DNA from: a virus
Taxonomy: Duplodnaviria > Heunggongvirae > Uroviricota > Caudoviricetes
Strand: one strand, 5' to 3'
Virus record (IMG/VR): IMGVR_UViG_3300044765_000092
Coordinates: 30,679-94,678 of that record
Length of the DNA stretch: 64,000 nucleotides
How positions within the stretch are numbered: position 1 is the first letter of the stretch; each line of letters opens with the position of its first letter. The position numbers were made by a program, and so were the translations under genes. Below the pieces are notes generated by a model. That model saw nothing but the letters and a program-made list of their open reading frames with translations, made no database searches and was not told where the DNA came from. Below are positions 20,030 through 28,972 of the stretch, one piece after another.

Positions 20030-20269
20030 ATGGCCCGCAGCAGCAGCACCACCAATAACACAGAACGCCGGATCCCTCAATCGATGCAGGAACCTGTGCA
20101 ACCTCAAGGTGAAACCAAGCTGGTGAGCGCTCGCTTCGAGAACACTGAAGAGGGCGTTTGCCCTGTGTGTCACGAGCCAATGAAACCGACGTCGGCCAAC
20201 GGCGTTGATTCTCTTGTCTGTTTGGCTCATCGCATCGTCATGCCTGTTCGGGATAACACCAATGTTTAA
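20030..20269 (+). CDS. small zinc-ribbon protein
   Basis: CPVC...CLAH; GGAG RBS. Confidence 0.65.
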   Translation: MARSSSTTNNTERRIPQSMQEPVQPQGETKLVSARFENTEEGVCPVCHEPMKPTSANGVDSLVCLAHRIVMPVRDNTNV

Positions 20270-22088
20270 GACTGATCGTCGGTTTAACGTCACAAGTTCG
20301 GCTCTCCGAACTACACGAGTCGGAGCCTCGGCCTCGCCAGTAACGGCAAAGGCAGGAGGCGCTGAAGTCGCCAACGTGTTTGGTCTCGGATTCGGCAACA
20401 CGAGCATGAACTTTGCGTTGGCTGGGCCGATGAACAATTGGGGTATCCTCAATCAGTTCGTTCCCGAGCAGGAGCAAGGTCTACGCCGACTGTATCGTGA
20501 TATCTACGATTACGACGCGGTGTGCGGATCGATTGTCGACATGTTGTCGGTCTTCCCGTTTTCTGACTATAGTCTTACGGGACTCGACGCTGACAAGATC
20601 GAGAAGTACGAAGAGAGTTTGCAGCGACTGAATATTCGGGCTTTGATGCCCGAGATCAGTTTGGCCCGTCTAGTTGATGGTGAGTTTGTTGGCAGTCTGA
20701 TCTTCAACGAGAAGGAGAAGGTATTCATCGATGTGATCCTCTACCCATCAGAGGATTGCCGTATCGAGGAACTGCCTCTCTACTCGATGGACCCAAAGAT
20801 CGTTGTGCGGAACAACGAAAAGTTGCGCCGCATCTTGACCAGCAACGACAAGATGGCTGTGGCTATCCGTAGTCGATTGCCTGCCAGTCTGAAGCAAGCA
20901 CTCCAAGCTCCAGCATTCGAACTGGATCCGATCACAACGTTGTACGTCTCTAGGCGCACGTTGCCGGGCCGGCCGCCAACATCGTTCCTCAAGCGTGTGC
21001 TTCCTATCTATCTGATCGAGAAGACGCTGTTCCGAGGCACGTTGACTGAAGCTACTCGTCGTCAGCGCAGTATGCTGCATGTCACAATGGGTGACGATAC
21101 ACACGAGTTCACGCCACAGGAAATGGCGGAGACCGTGAATCAGTTCCAGATGGCTGACGCTGACCCGTTGGGTGCTGTGATCGGTACCCGGGCAAACGTA
21201 CAGGCCACAGAACTCCGCCAAGGTGGTGACTTCTGGAAGTGGACTGACACGATTGACACGCTGACTCCCTACAAGCTGCGTGCTCTCGGTGTGTCGGAAG
21301 CGTTCCTCAGTGCCGATGCGACATACTCGAATGTGGAATCTGGTGTGTCGGTCTTCATGGAGAACATCGACGCGTATCGTCAGCAAATGACGTATGAGGT
21401 GTTCACCAACAAGATCTTCCCGATCATTGGTATTGCCAATGACTTCTGGAAGAAGGGCAAGGAAGTCAGCTCGGACTCGCGGAACAAGATTCTGTACCAG
21501 ATGAGCAACGCAAAGGATCTCGAGATCCCGACCGTGCGCTGGCACAAGCGCCTTGAAGCCAAGTCTGACGACAATCAGATCGACCTACTGAACACGCTGT
21601 CGGAGAAGGGATTCCCTGTGCCGCTCCGTATGTGGGCGGCGGCCGCAAAGGTCGATCTCAACACTCTTTACCACGATCTGGCAGAAGACGAGTCGATCCG
21701 CAAGAAGTTGGCGCAACTCACTGGTAAGAAACCAGAAGACTTCCTACCAAAGGACGCCAACGACGAAGGTGGTGACGAAGGTGGAGGCCAGTTCGCTTCG
21801 CTTCGTGCGCCACGTCGTAAGCCGTTGCTTGCTCGTGACTTTGGCGAGTCTGGTGAGATCAAGGGACAGACCAAGAGTGGTAAAGACAAGTATATCCTGA
21901 ACCAGAAGAAAGCTCAGCAAGAGATCAATCAGACAATCGCGCAGGCTACGGCTGCGCTTCAGGACCCGAATGTCAAGCGCGCGGCGCTCCGTCGGGTGGT
22001 TGGACAGTTGGGGCGTATCCCTGACATCATTGGAGGCTTGAACCGTGACCAGCAGCAAGCAATGCGAAACGGGTACCGGAGTATTTAA
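20262..22088 (+). CDS. portal protein
   Basis: About 608 aa after terL; LYRDIYDYDAVCGSIVD, KLRALGVSEAFLSADATYSN portal-like patterns. Confidence 0.7.
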   Translation: MFKTDRRFNVTSSALRTTRVGASASPVTAKAGGAEVANVFGLGFGNTSMNFALAGPMNNWGILNQFVPEQEQGLRRLYRDIYDYDAVCGSIVDMLSVFPFSDYSLTGLDADKIEKYEESLQRLNIRALMPEISLARLVDGEFVGSLIFNEKEKVFIDVILYPSEDCRIEELPLYSMDPKIVVRNNEKLRRILTSNDKMAVAIRSRLPASLKQALQAPAFELDPITTLYVSRRTLPGRPPTSFLKRVLPIYLIEKTLFRGTLTEATRRQRSMLHVTMGDDTHEFTPQEMAETVNQFQMADADPLGAVIGTRANVQATELRQGGDFWKWTDTIDTLTPYKLRALGVSEAFLSADATYSNVESGVSVFMENIDAYRQQMTYEVFTNKIFPIIGIANDFWKKGKEVSSDSRNKILYQMSNAKDLEIPTVRWHKRLEAKSDDNQIDLLNTLSEKGFPVPLRMWAAAAKVDLNTLYHDLAEDESIRKKLAQLTGKKPEDFLPKDANDEGGDEGGGQFASLRAPRRKPLLARDFGESGEIKGQTKSGKDKYILNQKKAQQEINQTIAQATAALQDPNVKRAALRRVVGQLGRIPDIIGGLNRDQQQAMRNGYRSI

Positions 22089-22530
22089 GCTGGCTGTCCT
22101 GTGGTGCCAGTGGACCCCACAGATAAAGACACGCATCGTTCGTGATGTATTGTCTCTTCAGCGGCTGGCTACCGTCAATCAAACTCAACTGGTCGTCGCG
22201 TGCGACGCGGAGTTGCATCCTCAGCTTGAGGCTCTCCGCGTCGGGGTGTCGTCTGATTTCAACGGGTCTGATATGTGGCGTGTATACGCCGTATCGCAGG
22301 AACTGTTGACTGACGAAACAATGTCACGCATTCCAGACGACGTGACTGATGTAGAAAACATCTTCTTGATTGGTGGTCGGCCACCGCTGCCAACTATCAA
22401 AGATCAGCATCCGTACGACGCGATGGATCTCAAGAAGGATTGGTACTCGATCCCCGATACGATGCCGTTGGACCAGCCTGCGCCTCTCAACCAAGAGCCA
22501 GACTACTACAGCATCAACCCTTTCCTGTAA
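22045..22530 (+). CDS. hypothetical protein
   Basis: In-operon ORF; start uncertain. Confidence 0.5.
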   Translation: MTSSKQCETGTGVFKLAVLWCQWTPQIKTRIVRDVLSLQRLATVNQTQLVVACDAELHPQLEALRVGVSSDFNGSDMWRVYAVSQELLTDETMSRIPDDVTDVENIFLIGGRPPLPTIKDQHPYDAMDLKKDWYSIPDTMPLDQPAPLNQEPDYYSINPFL

Positions 22531-22543
22531 GGAGCAGTTCAAC

Positions 22544-22885
22544 ATGGGACACACTTTTGGCGGCCTGATCTTCAATCTTGGTGCAGGCCCTTGGACGATG
22601 GTGATGATGGGTATTGCGTCGGCACTAGCCGGCATGATCAGTCATTGGGCCAAGGTCTATTTCAAGGACGGCGTCAAGCACTCGATCACCGACTGGTATA
22701 TCTTCAAGAACCCAAAGGGCACTCTGTTGGCCGTGGTCTCTATGCTGGGTGCTCTGTTTGCGGCGTTTGCTCCGCTCGACTATACGACGCTCAGCCTGTA
22801 CCAAGTGATCACGCAAGCGTTTGCCATTGGCTACGCGGCTGACACTCTGAACGGTTTGACGTCAGGTGGTACTTCCACACAGTGA
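22544..22885 (+). CDS. holin-like membrane protein
   Basis: 113 aa, three hydrophobic helices, AAGGAG RBS. Confidence 0.5.
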   Translation: MGHTFGGLIFNLGAGPWTMVMMGIASALAGMISHWAKVYFKDGVKHSITDWYIFKNPKGTLLAVVSMLGALFAAFAPLDYTTLSLYQVITQAFAIGYAADTLNGLTSGGTSTQ

Positions 22886-22893
22886 GCTCAAAC

Positions 22894-22951
22894 TGTAAAT
22901 GAACTACACGTAACCCGGCAGTGCTTTAGACAGCGCGAGCCGGGTTTCGTG
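22894..22951 (+). promoter_or_regulatory. TGTAAATG motif followed by a 45-nt stem-loop leader
   Basis: CACG-AACCCGGC-GTGCT / AGCGC-GCCGGGTT-CGTG inverted repeat at 22907-22951. Confidence 0.55.
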
Positions 22952-22971
22952 CTATGTGGGCCTGACCTAAC

Positions 22972-23697
22972 ATGAAACGCATTGAGTTAGCTACACCAGA
23001 GATTTCGTACGAGATCTACTGTACGGTGCTCGACAATCTGGGGACTGGAGCTGAGCTCGCGTTTGGCCTGCCAACCGAGCTCATCAAGTTCGGGCATGAG
23101 ATCAAAGAGATTCTGGAGCGCATCGGCGAGCGAGTGGCTGTTGGGTTTACGGACCTCATAACTGCGTTCAAGCAACGCGACGTGTTTTCCTTGCTCAAGG
23201 CCGTTCACTTCAATCTGAAGACCGTGCTGCACGCGATGCTTGAAGTATCGTCCATAATCAGCAAGGGATTGATTCATGTCTTTGAGATTCTGGCCAAGAG
23301 CAATGTGGTGCGCGCTCTTCGCGATGGTGCCACTACAGTCGACAAAGTGCTGGACGAACACCCGCTGCTGCGTAAACTCACCGGACCGGTGCTCGCGGGT
23401 TTGTTGCTGTGGATTTGGTTGTCGATGACCTTCGTTGGTGATCCACGGTTCGATATGGATCTGACAACGGCGATCGATGCGTTCAAGGGCAACTTCAGTG
23501 TTGCTGACTTGTTCACCAGCCCGTCGGGCTTGGCGATGATCGCACTGCTAGGCACTGGATTCATGGGTCTGAGCGTACCGTGGCTTGGGAGCTCGGTCTA
23601 CAATTTGATCGTAGCTCTGATCTACACCGGGTACAAAAAGCTACGTGATCGCAGAGCCAAGATCATTCAACAACAGCTTGAACTAAAGAGGTACTGA
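22972..23697 (+). CDS. hypothetical membrane-associated protein with MKRI leader
   Basis: C-terminal hydrophobic helices; starts MKRIELAT. Confidence 0.65.
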   Translation: MKRIELATPEISYEIYCTVLDNLGTGAELAFGLPTELIKFGHEIKEILERIGERVAVGFTDLITAFKQRDVFSLLKAVHFNLKTVLHAMLEVSSIISKGLIHVFEILAKSNVVRALRDGATTVDKVLDEHPLLRKLTGPVLAGLLLWIWLSMTFVGDPRFDMDLTTAIDAFKGNFSVADLFTSPSGLAMIALLGTGFMGLSVPWLGSSVYNLIVALIYTGYKKLRDRRAKIIQQQLELKRY

Positions 23698-23698
23698 C

Positions 23699-23902
23699 AT
23701 GATCGAAGACTTTCAAGACTACCTGACAGCCGCTGAGTGCTTGCCCGCTGACGCAGTGGTCAAACGTGCGTTAGAGATTGCAGTCGAAGATCCGTGGTTG
23801 TCCGGTATGTTGTGGATGATCGCGTCGCGTAAGTGCGTGGTTATGGCTGCGTCGTGTGCCGAGCGCTATGTCGATGACCTCAAGGCCCGAAACAAGCTCT
23901 GA
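23699..23902 (+). CDS. hypothetical protein
   Basis: GAGG RBS. Confidence 0.55.
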   Translation: MIEDFQDYLTAAECLPADAVVKRALEIAVEDPWLSGMLWMIASRKCVVMAASCAERYVDDLKARNKL

Positions 23903-23904
23903 CA

Positions 23905-25800
23905 ATGATGCAGATCGAACACGCCGCAGTCAACTTCAAGAACAAGTCGCTTGATCAACTCAAGCAGTTGTACATCAAGTCGAAAGACCTCTACTACAAT
24001 TCCCCAAACGGCAAGACGCTGATGTCGGACAAGGACTTCGATACGCTCGAAGACTTGATTCGTGAACAGGATCCGCGGTGGAAGGGGTTTGGTGCAGGCA
24101 TCAAGGTCAAGAAGTTCAAGGCACCACTGCCAGTGCCGATCTTTTCCCTTGATAAGATCAAGACCCAGGAAGGCCTGACTCGTTGGTTCGACAGTCTGGA
24201 GTCCGATTCCCTGGTCCTGTCTGATAAGCTGGACGGGGCTGCACTCGAGATCGTGTACACCAAGGGCGTGCCGTCCAAGGCATTTACTCGCGGCAATGGC
24301 AAGATCGGTGGCGACGTTTCGTACATCCTGCCGTATCTGCGCATTCCCCAAAAGGTGGGGACCACGAGCTTCATCATCCGGTGTGAGGGACTGTTCAGCA
24401 AGCAAGCGTTCCAGCGACACGCTCATGAATTTGATGCTGCACGCAACGCTGCATCAGGTGTGCTGAATCGTACGGACATCCACAAGGCGGTACGCGATCT
24501 GACAGTCGCGGTGATCGAAGTGTTGCAGCCACGGATCCAACCGTCCAAGGGTCTCAAGTGGGCGGCAACCAAGGGGTTCTTTGTCGTTCCGTACAAGGTG
24601 GTGCCGAAGTCCAAGCTCGACGTTGACGTGTTGTCCAAGTTGCTGGCCCGGCGTAAGGCCAACAGCAAGTTTGAGATGGATGGTCTGGTCCTGGTCGAAG
24701 ACCGAGTTCATCCAGTACCGACTGGCAACCCAGATTGGGGAATCGCCTTCAAGGAGGATCTGGCTACAGCCGACGCACCGGTCACTACTGTCGAAGAAGT
24801 GGTGTGGGCCATCAGTCCTAAAGGCAAGATCGTTCCGCGTGTTCGTGTATCGCCCGTCAAGTTCGGCGGAGCGACTGTCAAGTACGCGGCGGCATTCAAC
24901 GCCCAATTCGTGGTCAAGCACAAGCTAGGTCCCGGGGCCAAGATCGCGTTGCAGCGCAGTGGCGACATTATCCCCGACATCCTCCAGGTGGTCAAGTCAG
25001 CGAACAAGCCTCAGTTGCCGCCATCGGACATAGGCGAGTACAGCTGGGACAAGACCAAGGTCAACTTTGTACTTGTCAATCCGACGCAGAACGATACGTT
25101 CCGCCGTAAGGTAATGGCACGATTCTTCGCCCACATCGGAGTCGACTTTGTCAAGGGCGGAGCCATCTCCAAGCTATACGACGCCGGGTTTACGAACATT
25201 CGCACCATTGTCCGTGCTACACCCAAGGACTTTCTGAAAATACCTGGGGTGAAGGAAACGACAGCTAACAAGTGGTACGAGGCAATCCACAAGGTACTTG
25301 ATCAGGGAGTAGAGTTGCCACTGTTGATGGACGCGAGCGGTGTGTTTCCGCTCGGTATGGGTGAAACCCGATTCCGTGCAGTGGCCGCTCAATACGACTT
25401 GATGAAGCTGATGCAGTTGGACAAAGTGGGCATGCTGCGTAAGCTCCTTCAAGTGCCTGGCTTCCAAGCCAAGAACGCTGAAGCGTTTGTGATAGGGGCA
25501 CCAAAGTTCCTCAAGTGGCTGTCAATCACGCAGATCAAGATTGGAAAGCCAAAGACCGAGAAGACCAAACAGTCCAGCTCCAAACTATCGGGTCAAGCCG
25601 TAACATGGACTGGGTATCGGGATGCGACCCAAGAACAAACTGTCAAAGAAAATGGTGGTCAGATAGTGCCATTTGGCGGCAAGACGACAGTGCTGCTCTA
25701 CAAGGCGAGCGGCAAATCAAGCACCAAGATTCAAAAGGCACAGGACAAAGGACTCGTGGTCCTGACCTGGGATCAGTTTGTCAAGAGGTTCAAGCTATGA
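23905..25800 (+). CDS. ligA: NAD-dependent DNA ligase
   Basis: YYN..MSDKDFD (domain Ia), KLDG, TRGNG, RNAASG, DGLV, IAFK, RSGDIIP, HhH repeats, C-terminal BRCT (TWTG..). Confidence 0.92.
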   Translation: MMQIEHAAVNFKNKSLDQLKQLYIKSKDLYYNSPNGKTLMSDKDFDTLEDLIREQDPRWKGFGAGIKVKKFKAPLPVPIFSLDKIKTQEGLTRWFDSLESDSLVLSDKLDGAALEIVYTKGVPSKAFTRGNGKIGGDVSYILPYLRIPQKVGTTSFIIRCEGLFSKQAFQRHAHEFDAARNAASGVLNRTDIHKAVRDLTVAVIEVLQPRIQPSKGLKWAATKGFFVVPYKVVPKSKLDVDVLSKLLARRKANSKFEMDGLVLVEDRVHPVPTGNPDWGIAFKEDLATADAPVTTVEEVVWAISPKGKIVPRVRVSPVKFGGATVKYAAAFNAQFVVKHKLGPGAKIALQRSGDIIPDILQVVKSANKPQLPPSDIGEYSWDKTKVNFVLVNPTQNDTFRRKVMARFFAHIGVDFVKGGAISKLYDAGFTNIRTIVRATPKDFLKIPGVKETTANKWYEAIHKVLDQGVELPLLMDASGVFPLGMGETRFRAVAAQYDLMKLMQLDKVGMLRKLLQVPGFQAKNAEAFVIGAPKFLKWLSITQIKIGKPKTEKTKQSSSKLSGQAVTWTGYRDATQEQTVKENGGQIVPFGGKTTVLLYKASGKSSTKIQKAQDKGLVVLTWDQFVKRFKL

Positions 25801-26909
25801 AACGCATTGCAATTACATCGGATTGGTGGGCAGAACTGAGCCCCGAAGGCCAGAAGGAATATCTGGCCGAACACCCAGATAGCAAGAAGGCACAGGAAGT
25901 TCGTCAGGCACAGGCTCAACAACAGCATAAGCCATCGGAGAATAAGCCGGGGACCGGTATTGGACCCGAGTCGCATTCGGAAAAGCCCACGACCGAGAAG
26001 CCAGAGCACAAGGAAGCGCCAGCTCAAAAGCCTGCGGCCGAGAAAAAGGAAGGGCCGGAAAAGCCCGAGAAGCCAGAAGGTGAAAAGAAGGCTTCTCCAC
26101 CGACGGTCGAGCGCAAGGTTCCGAGCGAGATGAAAAAGCCGGAGACCGAAAAGCCAGCTGAACCTGAGACTAAGACTCCGGCTCCCGCTCCGGCCCCTGC
26201 TCCAAAGGCCGAACACAAAGATGAGGGTGAGGACAAGGGTGGTGAAGAAGCACCGTCAACCGAATCGGCACCCGACGCCCCCGCGGCTACTCCGTCTGGT
26301 CCTGTAGATCCTAAGTCGCTGCCAAAATCGGCGATGATCCACAAGCTCAAAGCCAAGATCAAGCGTTTGCACGGTCGCGACAAGGAATTCTTCGAGCAAG
26401 GTGGAGATGTTCCCAATAGTCCGCAACGCAAGAGCATTGCACAGCATGTCCGCGGCAAACACGGACTGATCATCAGCCATTTGAAGCAGCAGGCCCACGA
26501 ATGGAAGTCTGGTGTAAACGCCCTGCACAAGCTGGGTCGAGGTAAACCACTGGATGATCATGACAAGCACGCTCTCAAGTCACTGACCAAGGACTTGATT
26601 GTCACAACGGGCATGGTTGCATTTGGTGGTGGTCTGAGTCACGGTGTGATTCTGGCAGTCAAGCACATGGGTTTGGACATGATCCGTGACTCAGTGCTCA
26701 AGGCCGCGGCTCACGCAGTTGTGACCAAAGCTGCGCTCATGCATCATGTGCTTGCCACTGGTGGTGACCCAGACAAGGGTGACGCTGATTCGATCGACGA
26801 TCGTCTGATGGAAGCGCTGCTCGAAGAAGTCACCAAGTTCATTGAGAGTGGTGATATTCCAGAGGAAGCATGGTCCAAAGCCATGTCAGAGATGGATATG
26901 AAGGACTGA
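25797..26909 (+). CDS. hypothetical protein with K/E/P-rich disordered linker (probable virion internal protein)
   Basis: Start MKRIAITS at ATG 25797; WWAELSPEGQKEYLAEHPDSKKA mini-domain; PAPAPAP repeats. Confidence 0.65.
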   Translation: MKRIAITSDWWAELSPEGQKEYLAEHPDSKKAQEVRQAQAQQQHKPSENKPGTGIGPESHSEKPTTEKPEHKEAPAQKPAAEKKEGPEKPEKPEGEKKASPPTVERKVPSEMKKPETEKPAEPETKTPAPAPAPAPKAEHKDEGEDKGGEEAPSTESAPDAPAATPSGPVDPKSLPKSAMIHKLKAKIKRLHGRDKEFFEQGGDVPNSPQRKSIAQHVRGKHGLIISHLKQQAHEWKSGVNALHKLGRGKPLDDHDKHALKSLTKDLIVTTGMVAFGGGLSHGVILAVKHMGLDMIRDSVLKAAAHAVVTKAALMHHVLATGGDPDKGDADSIDDRLMEALLEEVTKFIESGDIPEEAWSKAMSEMDMKD

Positions 26910-26911
26910 TT

Positions 26912-27298
26912 GTGAAGCGCATCTTGGTCACCGCCAGTATGCCACATCGAGTACTGGAAAAGATGGCCAAGGACTTGCGGACCGACTTTGCAGACCGTAA
27001 GGGACGTAAAGACTGCAAGACCAAGGTCGTCGAGGGTATTCAACATCGACACAATCTGCACGACAAGATCTGGCTGTTCGGCTCACAGAACGAGGTGACG
27101 CACGCTGTACTTACCGATGCGAATAACAACGTGGTGGTCGACAGCCTAGCCAAATCAGGCGGTGAGTTCAAGGCCGACAAGGGATACACATGGTCAAAAG
27201 ACGCCGATGACACGGTGACCGACGAGTGTGTATCGACCATCAGTGTCGGTCATTGGTTCAAGCAGTATCTCGAACCGGAGGGCTTTCAATGGACCTGA
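26912..27298 (+). CDS. hypothetical protein with MKRI leader
   Basis: AAGGA RBS, GTG start giving (M)KRILVTAS. Confidence 0.6.
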   Translation: MKRILVTASMPHRVLEKMAKDLRTDFADRKGRKDCKTKVVEGIQHRHNLHDKIWLFGSQNEVTHAVLTDANNNVVVDSLAKSGGEFKADKGYTWSKDADDTVTDECVSTISVGHWFKQYLEPEGFQWT

Positions 27299-28194
27299 AC
27301 GAACTCCCGTCCATGGTGGCCGATGCCTATTCGAAGCTCAAGCACACAGTAGGACATCCTGCGCCCGATGGGCGGGTCGAGCTGGTCAATCCCCCGAAGT
27401 TCCGCACTGACTTCCGTGTGTGCCGTATCGAAACTGGCAGCATGTTCAAGCTCCGCGTCATGAACGAACGGTACGACTACTTCAATGAACATGCGTTTGG
27501 CAACCAGCTGACCAAGCCCAAGTTTGAAGTGTCGAAGAACATGCCGCATGCCATCAAGTACGGGTTCTACCAGAATGGTGGTCTACACGGTCAATCACGC
27601 ATAGTAATCACCGCCAAACTGCTTCTGCTACCGGACGATACATTGTTCAACTACGTGATGTTGCACGAAATGGCTCACCAGTTCGTGCGTGAAGTGTTGA
27701 ACGTACTGAGCGGTGATCCTCACGGCGAATGGTGGCAAGAAACAATGCGCCGGCTCGGTCTGCCAGACACTGCCAAGTACCACGGTGATGTCGAAACCGT
27801 GATGACCAAACAAGAGAAGCTGGAAAAGCAGAAGACAGTAGAACGTATTGTCGTACACAACATCACTGTCGCAGACATCAAACAGTTTCCGCCTCAAGGC
27901 ACAATCTTGATCTGTCTGTCGAACCACAAGCCAGTGTTGCAGCGCATACTGCCAGTGTTCTTCACGCAGAAAATGGACAAGGTCCTGGGTGCAGACCCGA
28001 AGATCATGAAGCGCGGTAAGCTCAATCTGTTCCAGGCTGACCAGCTATCGTACCCAGATCTCAAGCATCGGCGTAGTAAAGCCTACGCTGCCCTCGAAGA
28101 CCCCGTTGTTGTTCAATACGCAAAGCGTGCGACGGAGCTAGCTACCAGACTCACAGATGGTACTCTTGTCCACCATATCGATGACAAAGCCTGA
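27289..28194 (+). CDS. SprT-like zinc metalloprotease
   Basis: YDYFNEHAFGNQL, LHEMAH, DPHGEWWQ..M. Confidence 0.85.
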   Translation: MDLNELPSMVADAYSKLKHTVGHPAPDGRVELVNPPKFRTDFRVCRIETGSMFKLRVMNERYDYFNEHAFGNQLTKPKFEVSKNMPHAIKYGFYQNGGLHGQSRIVITAKLLLLPDDTLFNYVMLHEMAHQFVREVLNVLSGDPHGEWWQETMRRLGLPDTAKYHGDVETVMTKQEKLEKQKTVERIVVHNITVADIKQFPPQGTILICLSNHKPVLQRILPVFFTQKMDKVLGADPKIMKRGKLNLFQADQLSYPDLKHRRSKAYAALEDPVVVQYAKRATELATRLTDGTLVHHIDDKA

Positions 28195-28546
28195 CTCAAT
28201 GTCTATTCAACAAGCTCACGATCAAGTCCTAACCACAGTCAAGGCCCACGGGTTCAAGACCGAGAATCTATACCCGGCAAGCTGTCGGTTCTTGCGCCAA
28301 CTCCCGTGTGGTTTGCGCCAAGAACTGACGGTCCGTAGCCGAGGACGTGAGAATCCGAACGAATTCAGTATCGAACTCAATCTGTTGAAGAAGAAGCGGT
28401 TGCTGCGCAACAAGCTCTTGGTCGGGACTATCGACGAGTGCTGCGCCTTTGTTATGGAGCACATCAATGAAACGAATTCAGACAACAGTTCCCACCGAGC
28501 CGAGGCAGCTGGGGCTACCACCACTGGTTCAGCCCAAGGTGGGTGA
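28181..28546 (+). CDS. hypothetical protein
   Basis: In-operon ORF. Confidence 0.5.
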   Translation: MTKPDSMSIQQAHDQVLTTVKAHGFKTENLYPASCRFLRQLPCGLRQELTVRSRGRENPNEFSIELNLLKKKRLLRNKLLVGTIDECCAFVMEHINETNSDNSSHRAEAAGATTTGSAQGG

Positions 28547-28970
28547 TACGTTGTTGCTCGATGGTGAGACGTGGCCTTTAGCCATGTGCGAAGGTAAGTG
28601 GGGTCACTGGCTGTACGATGAGTGTGGACATCGATATAGTGGCGAGTTCATCGCCATTCCAGAACACCATATCCTAGTGCAGGATCCACAGCGATCGAGG
28701 CCCGGTCATCCAGTGTGGATCACGGGAATGCCGGCTGCCAAGGAGCGTCGATCACCATTGCGCGTTACAACCGTACAGACGTACAAGGTTAAGATCGGTC
28801 TGGGTGCCGAGCAACTGGAATACGATATCGAGGCTGAGAACGTTGATCAAGCTCGACGTCTGGCTATAGGTCGTCTGTCACGTAATTTGAATGTAGTGAT
28901 CCCGGTGCTCATCACTAGGTTGAAGACACCACCAAACTACATCCGCGTCGAACTACTACATCCACACTGA
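28467..28970 (+). CDS. hypothetical protein with MKRI leader
   Basis: GGAG RBS, starts MKRIQTT. Confidence 0.6.
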   Translation: MKRIQTTVPTEPRQLGLPPLVQPKVGDTLLLDGETWPLAMCEGKWGHWLYDECGHRYSGEFIAIPEHHILVQDPQRSRPGHPVWITGMPAAKERRSPLRVTTVQTYKVKIGLGAEQLEYDIEAENVDQARRLAIGRLSRNLNVVIPVLITRLKTPPNYIRVELLHPH

Positions 28971-28972
28971 TT

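Noticed and set aside
25515-25796. N-terminal extensions given by the ORF track (also 2206, 5870, 20205, 22370, 57486)
   Set aside because: They overlap the upstream genes extensively, and downstream starts with an RBS or stop-start overlap fit better.
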